Notes under the pieces: model-generated
Database searches by the model: none
Told to the model about the DNA's origin: nothing
The model's input: only the letters and a program-made list of their open reading frames with translations
Source: an uncultured Paludibacter sp.
GTDB lineage: Bacteria > Bacteroidota > Bacteroidia > Bacteroidales > Paludibacteraceae
Assembly (NCBI GenBank): GCA_937897985.1
Contig: CALCBD010000018.1
Span: 159,119 to 223,118 of the forward strand
DNA: 64,000 nt
Reading direction: 5' to 3'
Made by a program: the position numbers and the translations under genes
Shown: one piece after another, positions 1 to 9,380 of the stretch
Layout: each line of letters begins with the position of its first letter
Position numbering within the stretch: position 1 is the first letter of the stretch

Positions 1-1258
1 CAAGGATGGAGACCGGTAAAAAGCTCATATTGAAATAAGCTTTATCCTTTGCATCGGGCATATCGCTCAGATTAACCGTCGACGGGGTGCTGAAAATGTG
101 TGTGTTGTCAGAAGTAGCTAACAGTAATGAAGCTTTGGTGTCGGGATTTTCGCCTGCTGTCTCGATGGCCGAACAAAACTCGCTTCGTACTTCCGAAATA
201 TTTTTAGTGATGGGATTCAGGTTTGAAGTAAGTAACAACGGAGCAAAAAACCACGGAGCAGGTTCGAACTGAGCAGGTGCATTGGCAGGTGCGATGTTGA
301 CCGGGACAGAGGCACACTGTACATCCTGAAGTAAAACAGGTTGAATCCTTACACCATATTTAAACAACAAATCATTCAGGTTTAAATCGAGCGGAATTAC
401 CGGCGAAACGCCCGAAGTTGACAGATTTTCGGCTGCCAGCCTCACACCATCCAACAACCAGAGAATTTTACCTCCGTTCATAAGGTACTGATCAATGATA
501 TATTTGTCCGGTTCGGTAAACGGAAGTGTGGGCTTTGCAATTATTATGGCCCTGTATTCATTCAGTATGGTGGCATCAGTTCCTAATTTGCCTCTGTCGA
601 TCTGGAAATATCGGCTCAGCGTTTTACTTATATCGTAGGTTTGAGCCTCGTTAAGTTCTCCATGACCTTCGATAAAAGCAATTTTTGATATTTGTTTATT
701 GGTCAGTCGTCTGATGGCATCGGCAATTTCGAATTCAAGGTTTTCGATGGATATATTCAGATTTTCTTCACCGGAATTTCCTTTTATGTTTTTCAGCAGA
801 TTAACATTTACCGATTTATTTCCGCAGGTCAGTTTTAACCAGGGGAAAACAATTTTTTGAATGGATTTACCTTCCTTATCTCTTTCGTAAACTGCAGTAG
901 GTGCCATTCCTATGGCTTCGAGTGCACTGTAGTTTCGCTCCCGTTCGGCATTATTTTCAGCTTTTGAAGGATTTTCGAAGGTAATTTTAAAATCATTTCC
1001 TGCATAAACCGACATCTCTTCGAGCATTTCGAGGGTTGATTTTCGTAATCGCTGAAAGCCGGAATTTAAATCGCCATCCAGATAAATTTTAACTGTAAAC
1101 GGTTCCACTGATTTTTTTAGTAATCTTTTTGTTGGTTCGGATATGCTGTATCGATGGTCCGATGTAAGATCGATTCTGAAATGAAAAAATAGTGAAATGA
1201 TAATTACAATCGCGAAGATTGTCAAAAGCAGTATGTTTGTTTCTTTTCTTAATTTCAT
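1..1258 (-). CDS. gldG: GldG-like gliding-motility ABC-transporter auxiliary protein, N-terminal ~419 codons (3' end lies beyond the window start)
   Basis: Absent from the ORF track because it has no in-window stop. My reverse-strand translation from ATG 1258..1256 reads MKLRKETNILLLTIFAIVIIISLFFHFRIDLTSDHRYSIS...KIAFIEGHGELNE...NGGKILWLLDGV...LDLNLNDLLFKYGVRIQP... and stays open to position 1. The N-terminal TM helix and these blocks match the GldG family as I remember it. Confidence 0.8.
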   Translation of the reverse strand, partial: MKLRKETNILLLTIFAIVIIISLFFHFRIDLTSDHRYSISEPTKRLLKKSVEPFTVKIYLDGDLNSGFQRLRKSTLEMLEEMSVYAGNDFKITFENPSKAENNAERERNYSALEAIGMAPTAVYERDKEGKSIQKIVFPWLKLTCGNKSVNVNLLKNIKGNSGEENLNISIENLEFEIADAIRRLTNKQISKIAFIEGHGELNEAQTYDISKTLSRYFQIDRGKLGTDATILNEYRAIIIAKPTLPFTEPDKYIIDQYLMNGGKILWLLDGVRLAAENLSTSGVSPVIPLDLNLNDLLFKYGVRIQPVLLQDVQCASVPVNIAPANAPAQFEPAPWFFAPLLLTSNLNPITKNISEVRSEFCSAIETAGENPDTKASLLLATSDNTHIFSTPSTVNLSDMPDAKDKAYFNMSFLPVSIL

Positions 1259-1286
1259 ACTTGTCAGTATATAAATTTCCGGGTTG

Positions 1287-2804
1287 CTACTTTGGAAGAT
1301 TAGCCGCTCTGATCATAAAAAAATTATTGGTAGGTCCCAATAGCCGGTAGAAACCGCAATTTCCCCACGAAGCAGGTTTGTCGGCTATTTCCATATCTTC
1401 GCCTGTATCGTTCGATATATAATCTTTAATCATATTTTGCCATTTGAATATTCGTGCTGCACTTTTATCCACATAAAAATAGTCATTGTTACTATCCGCC
1501 AGCTCTTTGAGGTATGATTTGTAAAGGTTTTCAAATTCAGGAATACTGATTATTTTCCTGACCAAAGGATTTGAACTGCTACCCCAGTTCAGTAAGTCCT
1601 GAGTTCCTGAGTCTTTAATTATTGCCGATGTACCGAGCGTATTGTCATAATCGTAAGGAATGAAATAAAATTTTCCGGCGGTATCAAAATAAAAGTAGAA
1701 ATTGTTTTTATTAACCCAATAATCGTCCCACATACCACACATTACATTCACAGCATAAGTTTTAAGAAAAAGCCGGACATCCATCACCGAATTTACCCAG
1801 TTTTTAAAATCATCGCCTGTTTTATTGTTCAGATTGGTCATGAAATCAACCAGTTGTGTTTTTGCGCTATCAAGTTTTGTATCGTTGGTTTTCAGGTCGT
1901 ACACCGGTGTATAAGTGCTTGTCAGAGTGATATTTTCGAGTCCCATTCTGCTTTTGTCGGTATTTACGAAGTCAGCTCCGTAAGCGGCTTTCCACAGAAA
2001 ACCATTTGAATTAATCAGTTTTTCAGCTCTGTTTTTTAAAAAATTTTCATCTACCGGTTCAACCAATTGATAAACGCCGAAATAAGCTGTTTTGGCATCG
2101 CCGGTTACTTTAATGCTCAGCCGGCAATAACCCGATTGAGGGGCAGTCCATACGCCAAAACGCTCAAAAAGGTCGTAACAATACACTTCGCGAACATACA
2201 TAGCATCATCCTTGAACCACTTGAGATTCACTTTTTCAATTCCCTCCATCCTCTGACCTTTAACGAATTTGTTAAATTTTAATGCAAAACTTGCATGATG
2301 CCAGTCAGGATTGATGGAGTTATGGGTTTGACCTTTCACTCCTTCCGGACGACGGCGGCTGGTATTTCCCCTGATTCGCAGGCCGATATTATTACTCGTT
2401 GAATGTTTTCCGTCTTTGTCGAAGGTGAAATTGCATTTCACATACTCTTCATTGTCAGGATTTTGGTCGAAATAACTCAGCAGGTTGTTCCATTCGGCAG
2501 CACTGATTTCGATGTTAATTTCGGGGAGTGCCGTTATGTCATAAATGTAACTGAGCGAACTAATCAGTGGCTTTTGGAATACAATACTGTCAATTTGGGC
2601 AATTTCACGGTTGTAGATAGTAGTACCGGATTTAAAAACATTGAGTGCCTGATTCGAAGTAGTTACGAATTTCATGCTGTCAATGTCAGTAATTGCATGT
2701 CTGAATTTAATATTTCCCCCGTTGCAGATATAAACCGAGTCCTGAGCACAAATGATTTGAATTGCTGCAAATGAATAAATTAAAAATATTTTGAAGTATT
2801 TCAT
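1287..2804 (-). CDS. Secreted CotH kinase-family protein
   Basis: 505-aa ORF with signal peptide MKYFKIFLIYSFAAIQIICAQ. CotH-type blocks: GLRIRGNTSRRRP, KVNLKWFKDDAMYVREVYCYDLFERFG, GVYQLVEPVDENF, WDDYWVNKNNFYFYFD..GKFYFIPYDYDNTLG. Confidence 0.7.
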   Translation of the reverse strand: MKYFKIFLIYSFAAIQIICAQDSVYICNGGNIKFRHAITDIDSMKFVTTSNQALNVFKSGTTIYNREIAQIDSIVFQKPLISSLSYIYDITALPEINIEISAAEWNNLLSYFDQNPDNEEYVKCNFTFDKDGKHSTSNNIGLRIRGNTSRRRPEGVKGQTHNSINPDWHHASFALKFNKFVKGQRMEGIEKVNLKWFKDDAMYVREVYCYDLFERFGVWTAPQSGYCRLSIKVTGDAKTAYFGVYQLVEPVDENFLKNRAEKLINSNGFLWKAAYGADFVNTDKSRMGLENITLTSTYTPVYDLKTNDTKLDSAKTQLVDFMTNLNNKTGDDFKNWVNSVMDVRLFLKTYAVNVMCGMWDDYWVNKNNFYFYFDTAGKFYFIPYDYDNTLGTSAIIKDSGTQDLLNWGSSSNPLVRKIISIPEFENLYKSYLKELADSNNDYFYVDKSAARIFKWQNMIKDYISNDTGEDMEIADKPASWGNCGFYRLLGPTNNFFMIRAANLPK

Positions 2805-2964
2805 TGAAAATAAAATTATTGAACAAAGATAATCAATTTATTTGCAAATAAATCTTAACATTTTTGGTTTTGAAGAAATATTCAGTTTTATTCAGTTTCA
2901 CTCCGAAAATATCAGTAAAACAACTCATTATATAAGTTAGTGAATTTCCTGATTAATACTGATA

Positions 2965-3105
2965 AACGCAAAGGACGCAAAGTAAATTATACAGATTATT
3001 ATATCATCGAATACCCGACGCCTTGCTCTGCCGATTGGCTTGCCCGGTAAGTTCGCAAAGTGAAAAACTTAAAAGTTTTTCTTTGCGGCTTTGCGGCATA
3101 GCGTT
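2965..3105. repeat. Structured intergenic element, copy A: five CGCAAAG/CTTTGCG heptamers forming nested hairpins
   Basis: CGCAAAG at 2967, 2976 and 3054; CTTTGCG at 3081 and 3089. Strong hairpin 3054..3087 (CGCAAAG-T-GAAAAACTT AA AAGTTTTTC-TTTGCG). Shares GAATACCCGA...TAAAAGTTTTT(C/T)TTTGCG with 27112..27191 and TACAGAT(AAT)TATTATATC with 37151..37170. Confidence 0.55.
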
Positions 3106-3521
3106 CTTAAAGTTCAAAAAAATTTTTTCATAAATCATCAAACTTTTATAATCCTTACTGTATGTCAATGACCGGGTGATTACAATTTTTTAAAATTGTT
3201 TTACATTCTTAGGCTTAAAAAACCTTATATATGATTTTGAACAGATCATAGTCTTGAATCGGTCAATTTATTTTATTATCTTTGCCATTCGGTAAAACAC
3301 GGGCTATTCTGAAATTAATAATTGTGATGTTCAGATAGTTGAGTGTGGATGTACAGAATTAGTCCGGTAATGAACCGGATAAGGATTTTAAAATCTTCCT
3401 TGCTGCAGTTATCGCTTTATCTGGTGGTTAAATATCTGTAGATATAAAATGTACGGATTTGGATATTAGTGTGTTATAAATTATATTGTTAAAAAATAAA
3501 TTTTTTTATTCTCTAAAATAT

Positions 3522-4289
3522 ATGGGAAAAACTATTTCGTTAGCCAATCAGAAAGGTGGAGTCGGCAAGACGACAACAGCAATCAATTTAGCAGCATCAT
3601 TAGCATCGCTTGGGAAAAAGGTATTGATTGTTGATGCTGATCCTCAGGCTAATGCATCTTCCGGGCTTGGAGTTGATATCCGCACACTCGAATTTACAAT
3701 TTACGAATGTTTGATCGATGGTGTACCCTCTGTAAAGGCGATTCATCCTACCGATGTCGACAATCTTTTCATTCTGCCATCGCACATCGACCTTGTGGGA
3801 GCCGAAATTGAGATGCTCAATATGGACGCCCGCGAACATGTAATGAAATCATTAATTGAACCATTAAAAGCTGATTATGATTATATTTTGATCGACTGTT
3901 CTCCCTCGTTAGGACTGATCACCGTGAACGCTCTGACAGCTTCCGATTCGGTAATAATTCCGGTTCAGTGTGAATATTTTGCGTTGGAGGGAATTAGTAA
4001 ATTGCTGAATACCATTAAAATAATTAAAAGCAAACTCAATCCTGCGCTCGAAATTGAAGGATTCCTGCTTACCATGTTTGATAATCGCCTGCGTCTGGCC
4101 AATCAGGTTTATGCCGAAGTAAAAAAACATTTTCAAAGTATGGTTTTCGATACGGTTATTACCCGCAATGTTCGTCTGAGTGAGGCTCCGAGTCATGGAA
4201 AACCCGTGTTGCTTTACGATCCGGAGTCGAAGGGTTCCGGTAATTATGTCGATCTGGCTAAAGAACTTATCTCAAAGGAAACAAAATAG
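3522..4289 (+). CDS. parA: Chromosome-partitioning ATPase ParA/Soj
   Basis: Deviant Walker A in MGKTISLANQKGGVGKTTTAINLAASLA, plus LIVDADPQANAS and ILIDCSPSLG. ATG 3522 is preferred over the TTG 3486 used by the ORF track. Lies directly upstream of parB. Confidence 0.95.
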   Translation: MGKTISLANQKGGVGKTTTAINLAASLASLGKKVLIVDADPQANASSGLGVDIRTLEFTIYECLIDGVPSVKAIHPTDVDNLFILPSHIDLVGAEIEMLNMDAREHVMKSLIEPLKADYDYILIDCSPSLGLITVNALTASDSVIIPVQCEYFALEGISKLLNTIKIIKSKLNPALEIEGFLLTMFDNRLRLANQVYAEVKKHFQSMVFDTVITRNVRLSEAPSHGKPVLLYDPESKGSGNYVDLAKELISKETK

Positions 4290-4354
4290 CCATTTTGTTC
4301 AAACCTCAATTAATACACTAACGAAAATAAAAAATATACAATAACAATATTGCT

Positions 4355-5233
4355 ATGGCAAAAAATATAACCGGTTTAGGAAGGGGCCTGGGTGCATTGA
4401 TTGATACTGAGAATATCAGTACTTCAGGGTCGTCATCCATAAGTGAGGTGGATATTGAATTGATTTTCCCCAATCCTCATCAACCGCGTACTCATTTTGA
4501 CGAGGAAGCACTAACCGAACTTGCTGCCTCAATTCGTGAACTCGGGGTGATTTCGCCCATCACTCTTCGTAAAAACGATGACAATACATATTTAATTATT
4601 GCCGGCGAAAGACGCTACAGAGCATCGAAGGAGATTGGTCTTAAAACAATACCTGCCTATGTTAAAACTGCTGCCGATGAGCAGGTGATGGAAATGGCGC
4701 TGATCGAAAATATTCAACGTGAAGATTTGAATGCCATTGAAATAGCTCTTACCTTCTATCGTCTGATGGAGGAATATAAACTTACTCAGGAGAAACTGAG
4801 TGAGCGTGTCGGCAAAAAACGAACTACAATTGCCAATTACCTGAGAATTCTTCGTCTCCCTGCCGAAATTCAGATGGGAATTAAAGACCGTAAAATTGAC
4901 ATGGGCCACGCCCGTGCAATTCTGGGAATCAATAATCCTGCTGCACAGCTCCATTTATACGAATCCATACTCCTGAACGATTATTCAGTTCGAAAAGTCG
5001 AGGATATAGTTCGTCATTATACCGAAAACGGAAGTTTCGAAACCAAATCGAAGCCAAATCCGAATCCGGTTCTCAAATTAAGTGAGTTCGATGAACTGAA
5101 ATCAAGGTTAAGCCAACTGTTCGGGACTAAAGTGCAGTTTAGCTGTAACGAGGAAGGTAAGGGTAAAATATCCATCCCTTTTAAAAATGATGAGGAACTG
5201 GCGAATATCATGGAGTTGATGGACAAAATTTAA
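4355..5233 (+). CDS. parB: Chromosome-partitioning protein ParB/Spo0J
   Basis: ParB boxes IIAGERRYRA and ENIQREDLN. HTH TQEKLSERVGKKRTTIANYLRIL. Follows parA. Confidence 0.95.
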   Translation: MAKNITGLGRGLGALIDTENISTSGSSSISEVDIELIFPNPHQPRTHFDEEALTELAASIRELGVISPITLRKNDDNTYLIIAGERRYRASKEIGLKTIPAYVKTAADEQVMEMALIENIQREDLNAIEIALTFYRLMEEYKLTQEKLSERVGKKRTTIANYLRILRLPAEIQMGIKDRKIDMGHARAILGINNPAAQLHLYESILLNDYSVRKVEDIVRHYTENGSFETKSKPNPNPVLKLSEFDELKSRLSQLFGTKVQFSCNEEGKGKISIPFKNDEELANIMELMDKI

Positions 5234-5244
5234 ATGTTAAGCCG

Positions 5245-5925
5245 GTGTTGAAGTTACTTTTTAAAATATTCATTTTTTCAGTTATTTCCACTTCAGTTTG
5301 TTGGGGAAAGGACTTTGCTCCCGATAGTTTGTACGTTATTAAAAATGATAGTGTACAAATGAATAAAACTGAAAAAATATTTAAAATTTCGAACCGGAAA
5401 AATGATACCACTACTCTTAAAAAGTTCAAACCCGACCCTGTAAAAGTTTTGTGGATGGGGGCAATTATCCCCGGTTACGGTCAGATTTTAAATCATAGTT
5501 ACTGGAAATTACCTATTGTATATGCCGGTTTTCTTGGATGTATATATGCTGTAAGCTGGAATTCAAGACGCTACGAAAATTATCGTTCGGCTTATATTGA
5601 TATCAACGACGACATTGAAAGTACAAAAAGCTATCTGGATATTTTACCACCCGGCGTCACTATCGACACTTATCCTAACGGACTGGCAGGACTGAAAACC
5701 AATCTGACCACTTTCTATCAGCAGTCGCGGCGATACAGGGATTTGAGCATTATCGGATCAGTGGCATTTTACGGAATAACATTGCTCGAAGCTTTTGTGG
5801 ATGCTCAACTTTTTGATTTTGACATAAGTACCGATTTGTCTTTGCATATTCGTCCGTCGTTGTTGGACAGTAATTACGGAGTTTCAAAATCTGCGGGTTT
5901 ACAGTTAAGTTTTAAACTGAAGTAA
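5245..5925 (+). CDS. DUF5683-like membrane protein
   Basis: GTG start with a hydrophobic N-terminus. GAIIPGYGQILNHSYWKLPIVYAGFLG resembles the DUF5683 family that commonly follows parB in Bacteroidota. Confidence 0.65.
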   Translation: MLKLLFKIFIFSVISTSVCWGKDFAPDSLYVIKNDSVQMNKTEKIFKISNRKNDTTTLKKFKPDPVKVLWMGAIIPGYGQILNHSYWKLPIVYAGFLGCIYAVSWNSRRYENYRSAYIDINDDIESTKSYLDILPPGVTIDTYPNGLAGLKTNLTTFYQQSRRYRDLSIIGSVAFYGITLLEAFVDAQLFDFDISTDLSLHIRPSLLDSNYGVSKSAGLQLSFKLK

Positions 5926-5941
5926 AAAATATAAATTTGGG

Positions 5942-7222
5942 ATGAATTTTAAGTTGTATATATTATCAGGTCTGTTGTTGATAACTACTGTTGTTTTGGC
6001 TCAGAATACTAAAAATCCGGCCGGACAAACGCAGGTAAACGAGGAAATCCAACCGGACTCATCCATAGTTGCTCCGCTTTTTTTCGAAAACACACTCGAT
6101 GAATTACTACATTCGTGGGTTATTCAACATGCCGATACTTCAAACTGTATTTCGGGTGAGATTCCGACTGATATCCCCGATTCGGTTTTTAGTTCAAGGC
6201 TCTCAAAAATGCCCTGTTTAATGGAAATGCCTTTCAATAAGCCGGTTCGTAGTTTTATCGAGTTATATACCATTCGTAAACGTCGTTTGCTCGAGTATAT
6301 GTTGGGAATGAGTGATTATTATTTTCCGATCTTCGAACAGGTACTTACAGCTAACAATTTACCGCTCGAACTGAAATACCTGCCAATTATTGAGTCAGCA
6401 CTCAACACTACCATTGTTTCGCGCATGGGTGCTGCAGGACTGTGGCAGTTTATGATTGGCTCCGGACGAATGTACGGACTTGAAATCAACAGCCTCGTCG
6501 ACGAGAGGCTCGATCCGATCAAAGCAACACATGCGGCTGCTCACTATCTGAAAGATCTGTACTCGATTTACGGAGATTGGAATCTGGTAATTGCTTCGTA
6601 CAACTGTGGTCCCGGAAATGTGAATAAAGCAATTCGCAGGGCAGGAGGGAAGCGCGATTACTGGGCTATCTATCCATATCTGCCTTCCGAAACACGAAGT
6701 TATGTGCCAGTTTTTATTGCTGCCAACTACTCGTTCAATTATGCAGCCAACCACAATCTGTGCAAAGCTGTGGTAAAGATGCCGGTAATAACTGATACCA
6801 TTATGGTCAGGGAACGGATTCATTTACAGCAGGTGGCCGAAGTACTGAATTTGCCTATCGAAACTGTAAGGTTGCTCAACCCCCAGTACCGGAAAGATAT
6901 TATACCCGGTAATATCAAACCTTATTCGCTTTGTCTGCCGCTGTCGTATGCTAACTCATTCATTGATAATTATAAAAATGTGGTAGCCTACAAAGCCGAT
7001 TCATTGATCAACAATCGCAGGAGTGAAATTGAAATCCTTCAGTCGTCACGCGCAGTAGCACCGGGCGGGTCGGGAAATGTAATTTATCATAAGGTGAAAA
7101 AAGGGCAAACTTTAGGCTATGTGGCTGATAAATATAACGTTTCACTTACAAAATTGAAAAAGTGGAACAATATCAGAGGCTCAAAAATTGCTATCGGACA
7201 GCGATTAAAAATTATAAAATAG
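5942..7222 (+). CDS. mltD: Lytic murein transglycosylase (SLT domain) with C-terminal LysM
   Basis: Signal peptide. SLT block IIESALNTTIVSRMGAAGLWQFM and ASYNCGPGNVNKAI. LysM YHKVKKGQTLGYVADKYNVSLTKLKKWNNI. Confidence 0.9.
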   Translation: MNFKLYILSGLLLITTVVLAQNTKNPAGQTQVNEEIQPDSSIVAPLFFENTLDELLHSWVIQHADTSNCISGEIPTDIPDSVFSSRLSKMPCLMEMPFNKPVRSFIELYTIRKRRLLEYMLGMSDYYFPIFEQVLTANNLPLELKYLPIIESALNTTIVSRMGAAGLWQFMIGSGRMYGLEINSLVDERLDPIKATHAAAHYLKDLYSIYGDWNLVIASYNCGPGNVNKAIRRAGGKRDYWAIYPYLPSETRSYVPVFIAANYSFNYAANHNLCKAVVKMPVITDTIMVRERIHLQQVAEVLNLPIETVRLLNPQYRKDIIPGNIKPYSLCLPLSYANSFIDNYKNVVAYKADSLINNRRSEIEILQSSRAVAPGGSGNVIYHKVKKGQTLGYVADKYNVSLTKLKKWNNIRGSKIAIGQRLKIIK

Positions 7223-7260
7223 TTTCCGGATTTTTTATAAAAATTCACATTGAAAACTAA

Positions 7261-7683
7261 ATGATTCAATATCTGAACGAATGGGTTGAGTTGCCTCCGC
7301 TCGATACACTGACTCTGAACAGGTGGATAAAAGCTGTTGCAGCTTCGTATGGTAAAAATACCGGCGAAATTGCTTACGTGTTTTGTAACAATGAGCGCAT
7401 TCTGGAAGTCAATCAGCAATACATGAATCACGATTATTATACCGACATTATTACCTTTGATTATTCCGAAGGGAAAAAAATTTCGGGAGATATTTTTATC
7501 AGTATCGAAACTGTAAAATCAAACGCCGACGAATTCGGAGTAAGCTTTGAGGAAGAATTAAACAGAATTATAATTCATGGTATTCTTCATTTGTGTGGCA
7601 ACGATGATAAAACACCCGCATTGAGAATGGAAATGACAAATAAAGAAAACCGGGCACTCTTACAATTAAAATCGATACAATAA
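7261..7683 (+). CDS. ybeY: rRNA maturation endoribonuclease YbeY
   Basis: 140 aa with metal site IIHGILHLCGNDD. Confidence 0.9.
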   Translation: MIQYLNEWVELPPLDTLTLNRWIKAVAASYGKNTGEIAYVFCNNERILEVNQQYMNHDYYTDIITFDYSEGKKISGDIFISIETVKSNADEFGVSFEEELNRIIIHGILHLCGNDDKTPALRMEMTNKENRALLQLKSIQ

Positions 7684-7731
7684 AAAATTCAGCAATTTTT
7701 AATAAGTTGGTTCGTAATGCTACAATCTCAC

Positions 7732-7739
7732 TATTTTTG
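7732..7739 (+). promoter_or_regulatory. Putative Bacteroidota -7 promoter box (TATTTTTG)
   Basis: Exact match to TAnnTTTG in the 212-bp gap upstream of the 7896 gene. A second match (TACTTTTG) lies about 70 bp downstream. Confidence 0.35.
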
Positions 7740-7895
7740 CAATAATTTGTTAAATAGAGTCTTTACTAACAGAACTTTTTGCCGAATGTAAAAGATAATC
7801 ATTACTTTTGTTGCTGTTTTTTCACTCAAAGTATAAAATTTATCTATTAAAATAACGTTGATTATCTAATTACAAAAACTCATAAATCAAAGAAA

Positions 7896-8585
7896 ATGAA
7901 TTTTAAAATAATTAGATATTTGTTGACCGTAATTTTTTTGATGCTTTTGAATGCGTCGAAAGCTCAAAACAAGGAACAAATTTATTTTTCCGAAATCGGT
8001 GTAAACGGTGGTACTTCATTCTATATAGGTGATGCCAACAGTACATTATTCAAAAACCCGCAGCTGAGTGCCGGTCTTATTTACCGGCAGAAGTTCAATT
8101 CACGCCTGGCTGCACATTTTGAATGGAATTACAGTACTGTGAATGGAAGTGGTGTTATACCCGACGGAAGCAGTGTACCGTTTAACAATACATTGAATGT
8201 GTTTGATGTCTGTGGTGAATTTAATTTCTTTAGTTATGAACGAAAACCATATTTGCCATTCAGTCAGATATTTTCACCATTTATATATGCAGGAATCGGA
8301 GGAATGCTTTATCAGTACGAAAATACATATTTGAGTTTTCCGAAGTTCAGTATCCCTTTCGGTGTCGGCTTTAAACTTATGCTGGGCAACAGATTTAATC
8401 TCAACCTGATGTGGTCGCAGCGCTTACTGCTTTCGGATCAGATGGAAGGGATAAGTGAGTTTAATAATCCTGCAGGTTTGAACGGTACCAATTTATTTAA
8501 TAACGATTTGCTCTCCACATTCAGTTTGGGGATAACATATAACTTTTGGAAGAAAAAGTGTAACTGCTCAAATGAAAAATTTTGA
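7896..8585 (+). CDS. Small outer-membrane beta-barrel protein (DUF6089-like)
   Basis: Signal peptide [24 protein letters not shown], alternating beta-strand pattern and aromatic C-terminal residue (..NEKF). Sits in the position usually occupied by this family upstream of uppS-bamA. Confidence 0.55.
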   Translation: MNFKIIRYLLTVIFLMLLNASKAQNKEQIYFSEIGVNGGTSFYIGDANSTLFKNPQLSAGLIYRQKFNSRLAAHFEWNYSTVNGSGVIPDGSSVPFNNTLNVFDVCGEFNFFSYERKPYLPFSQIFSPFIYAGIGGMLYQYENTYLSFPKFSIPFGVGFKLMLGNRFNLNLMWSQRLLLSDQMEGISEFNNPAGLNGTNLFNNDLLSTFSLGITYNFWKKKCNCSNEKF

Positions 8586-8611
8586 GCTTATCAATAAAAA
8601 TTGAATCTATT

Positions 8612-9337
8612 ATGTCGTCGTATAAGGAAAAAATTGATTATAACCATTTACCGCAACACATTGCTATTATCATGGATGGCAACGGTCGCTGGGCCAAAGA
8701 ACGTGGATATGATCGTATTTTCGGACATCAAAACGGTGTCAGCTCTGTACGTGAAGTAACCGAAGCTGCTGCGGAGATGGGCATAAAATACCTTACGCTT
8801 TACGCTTTTTCCACTGAAAACTGGGGTCGTCCTCAGCAGGAAGTCGATGCATTAATGGAATTGTTGATTGATACTATTGAGAAGGAAACACCTACTTTAA
8901 ACAAAAATAATGTAAGTCTGAAAGCTATCGGTGATATGAGCAGATTGCCATCAACTGCTGCAGCCAAACTCCAGCGATGTATTGATGAAACAGCTGTCAA
9001 TAACGGATTGAAACTTGTTTTGGCATTGAGCTATTCGTCGAGATGGGAAATTACCAACGCAATGAAAAAAATCAGTAATCTGGTTTGCAGCGGTATTCTT
9101 AAACCTGAGGACATTAATGATGATATAATCGCCGGATACCTTACAACAAATTCAATTCCGGATCCCGATTTGCTGATACGTACAAGTGGTGAATACCGGA
9201 TAAGTAATTTTCTGTTATGGCAGATTGCCTATACTGAGTTGTACTTTACTCAAACTCATTGGCCTGATTTCAGAAAAGAAAACTTTTATAATGCAATTTA
9301 CGATTTTCAACAACGCGAACGCAGATTCGGCAAATAA
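8612..9337 (+). CDS. uppS: Undecaprenyl-diphosphate synthase (isoprenyl transferase)
   Basis: [52 protein letters not shown] 8612 is preferred over TTG 8582. Confidence 0.95.
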   Translation: MSSYKEKIDYNHLPQHIAIIMDGNGRWAKERGYDRIFGHQNGVSSVREVTEAAAEMGIKYLTLYAFSTENWGRPQQEVDALMELLIDTIEKETPTLNKNNVSLKAIGDMSRLPSTAAAKLQRCIDETAVNNGLKLVLALSYSSRWEITNAMKKISNLVCSGILKPEDINDDIIAGYLTTNSIPDPDLLIRTSGEYRISNFLLWQIAYTELYFTQTHWPDFRKENFYNAIYDFQQRERRFGK

Positions 9338-9380
9338 TTATTAAACTATAAAGTGTACTTCGATATACCAATCCCCCTTT

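Noticed and set aside
251-270. GGTTCGAAC, a T-loop-like string suggesting a tRNA
   Set aside because: No acceptor, D or anticodon stems can be drawn around it, and it lies within the gldG coding frame.
87-272. 61-aa plus-strand ORF at the window start
   Set aside because: It lies entirely antisense inside the open gldG reading frame, which I translated through to position 1. It has no recognisable motifs.
2067-2774. Plus-strand ORFs of 71 and 123 aa inside the CotH gene, and the many similar 60-190-aa antisense ORFs inside bamA, susC, the HTCS, sulfatases and others
   Set aside because: All are embedded antisense or out of frame within long ORFs that have clear family signatures. Their sequences are low-complexity or Cys/His/Arg-rich, as is typical of non-coding frames.
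2895-3350. Possible parS site or oriC next to parAB
   Set aside because: I found only a half-site, GTTTCAC (2895..2901), without the palindromic partner, and one partial DnaA-box-like TGTGGAT (3344..3350). There is no cluster of boxes and no dnaA gene, so the evidence is insufficient.
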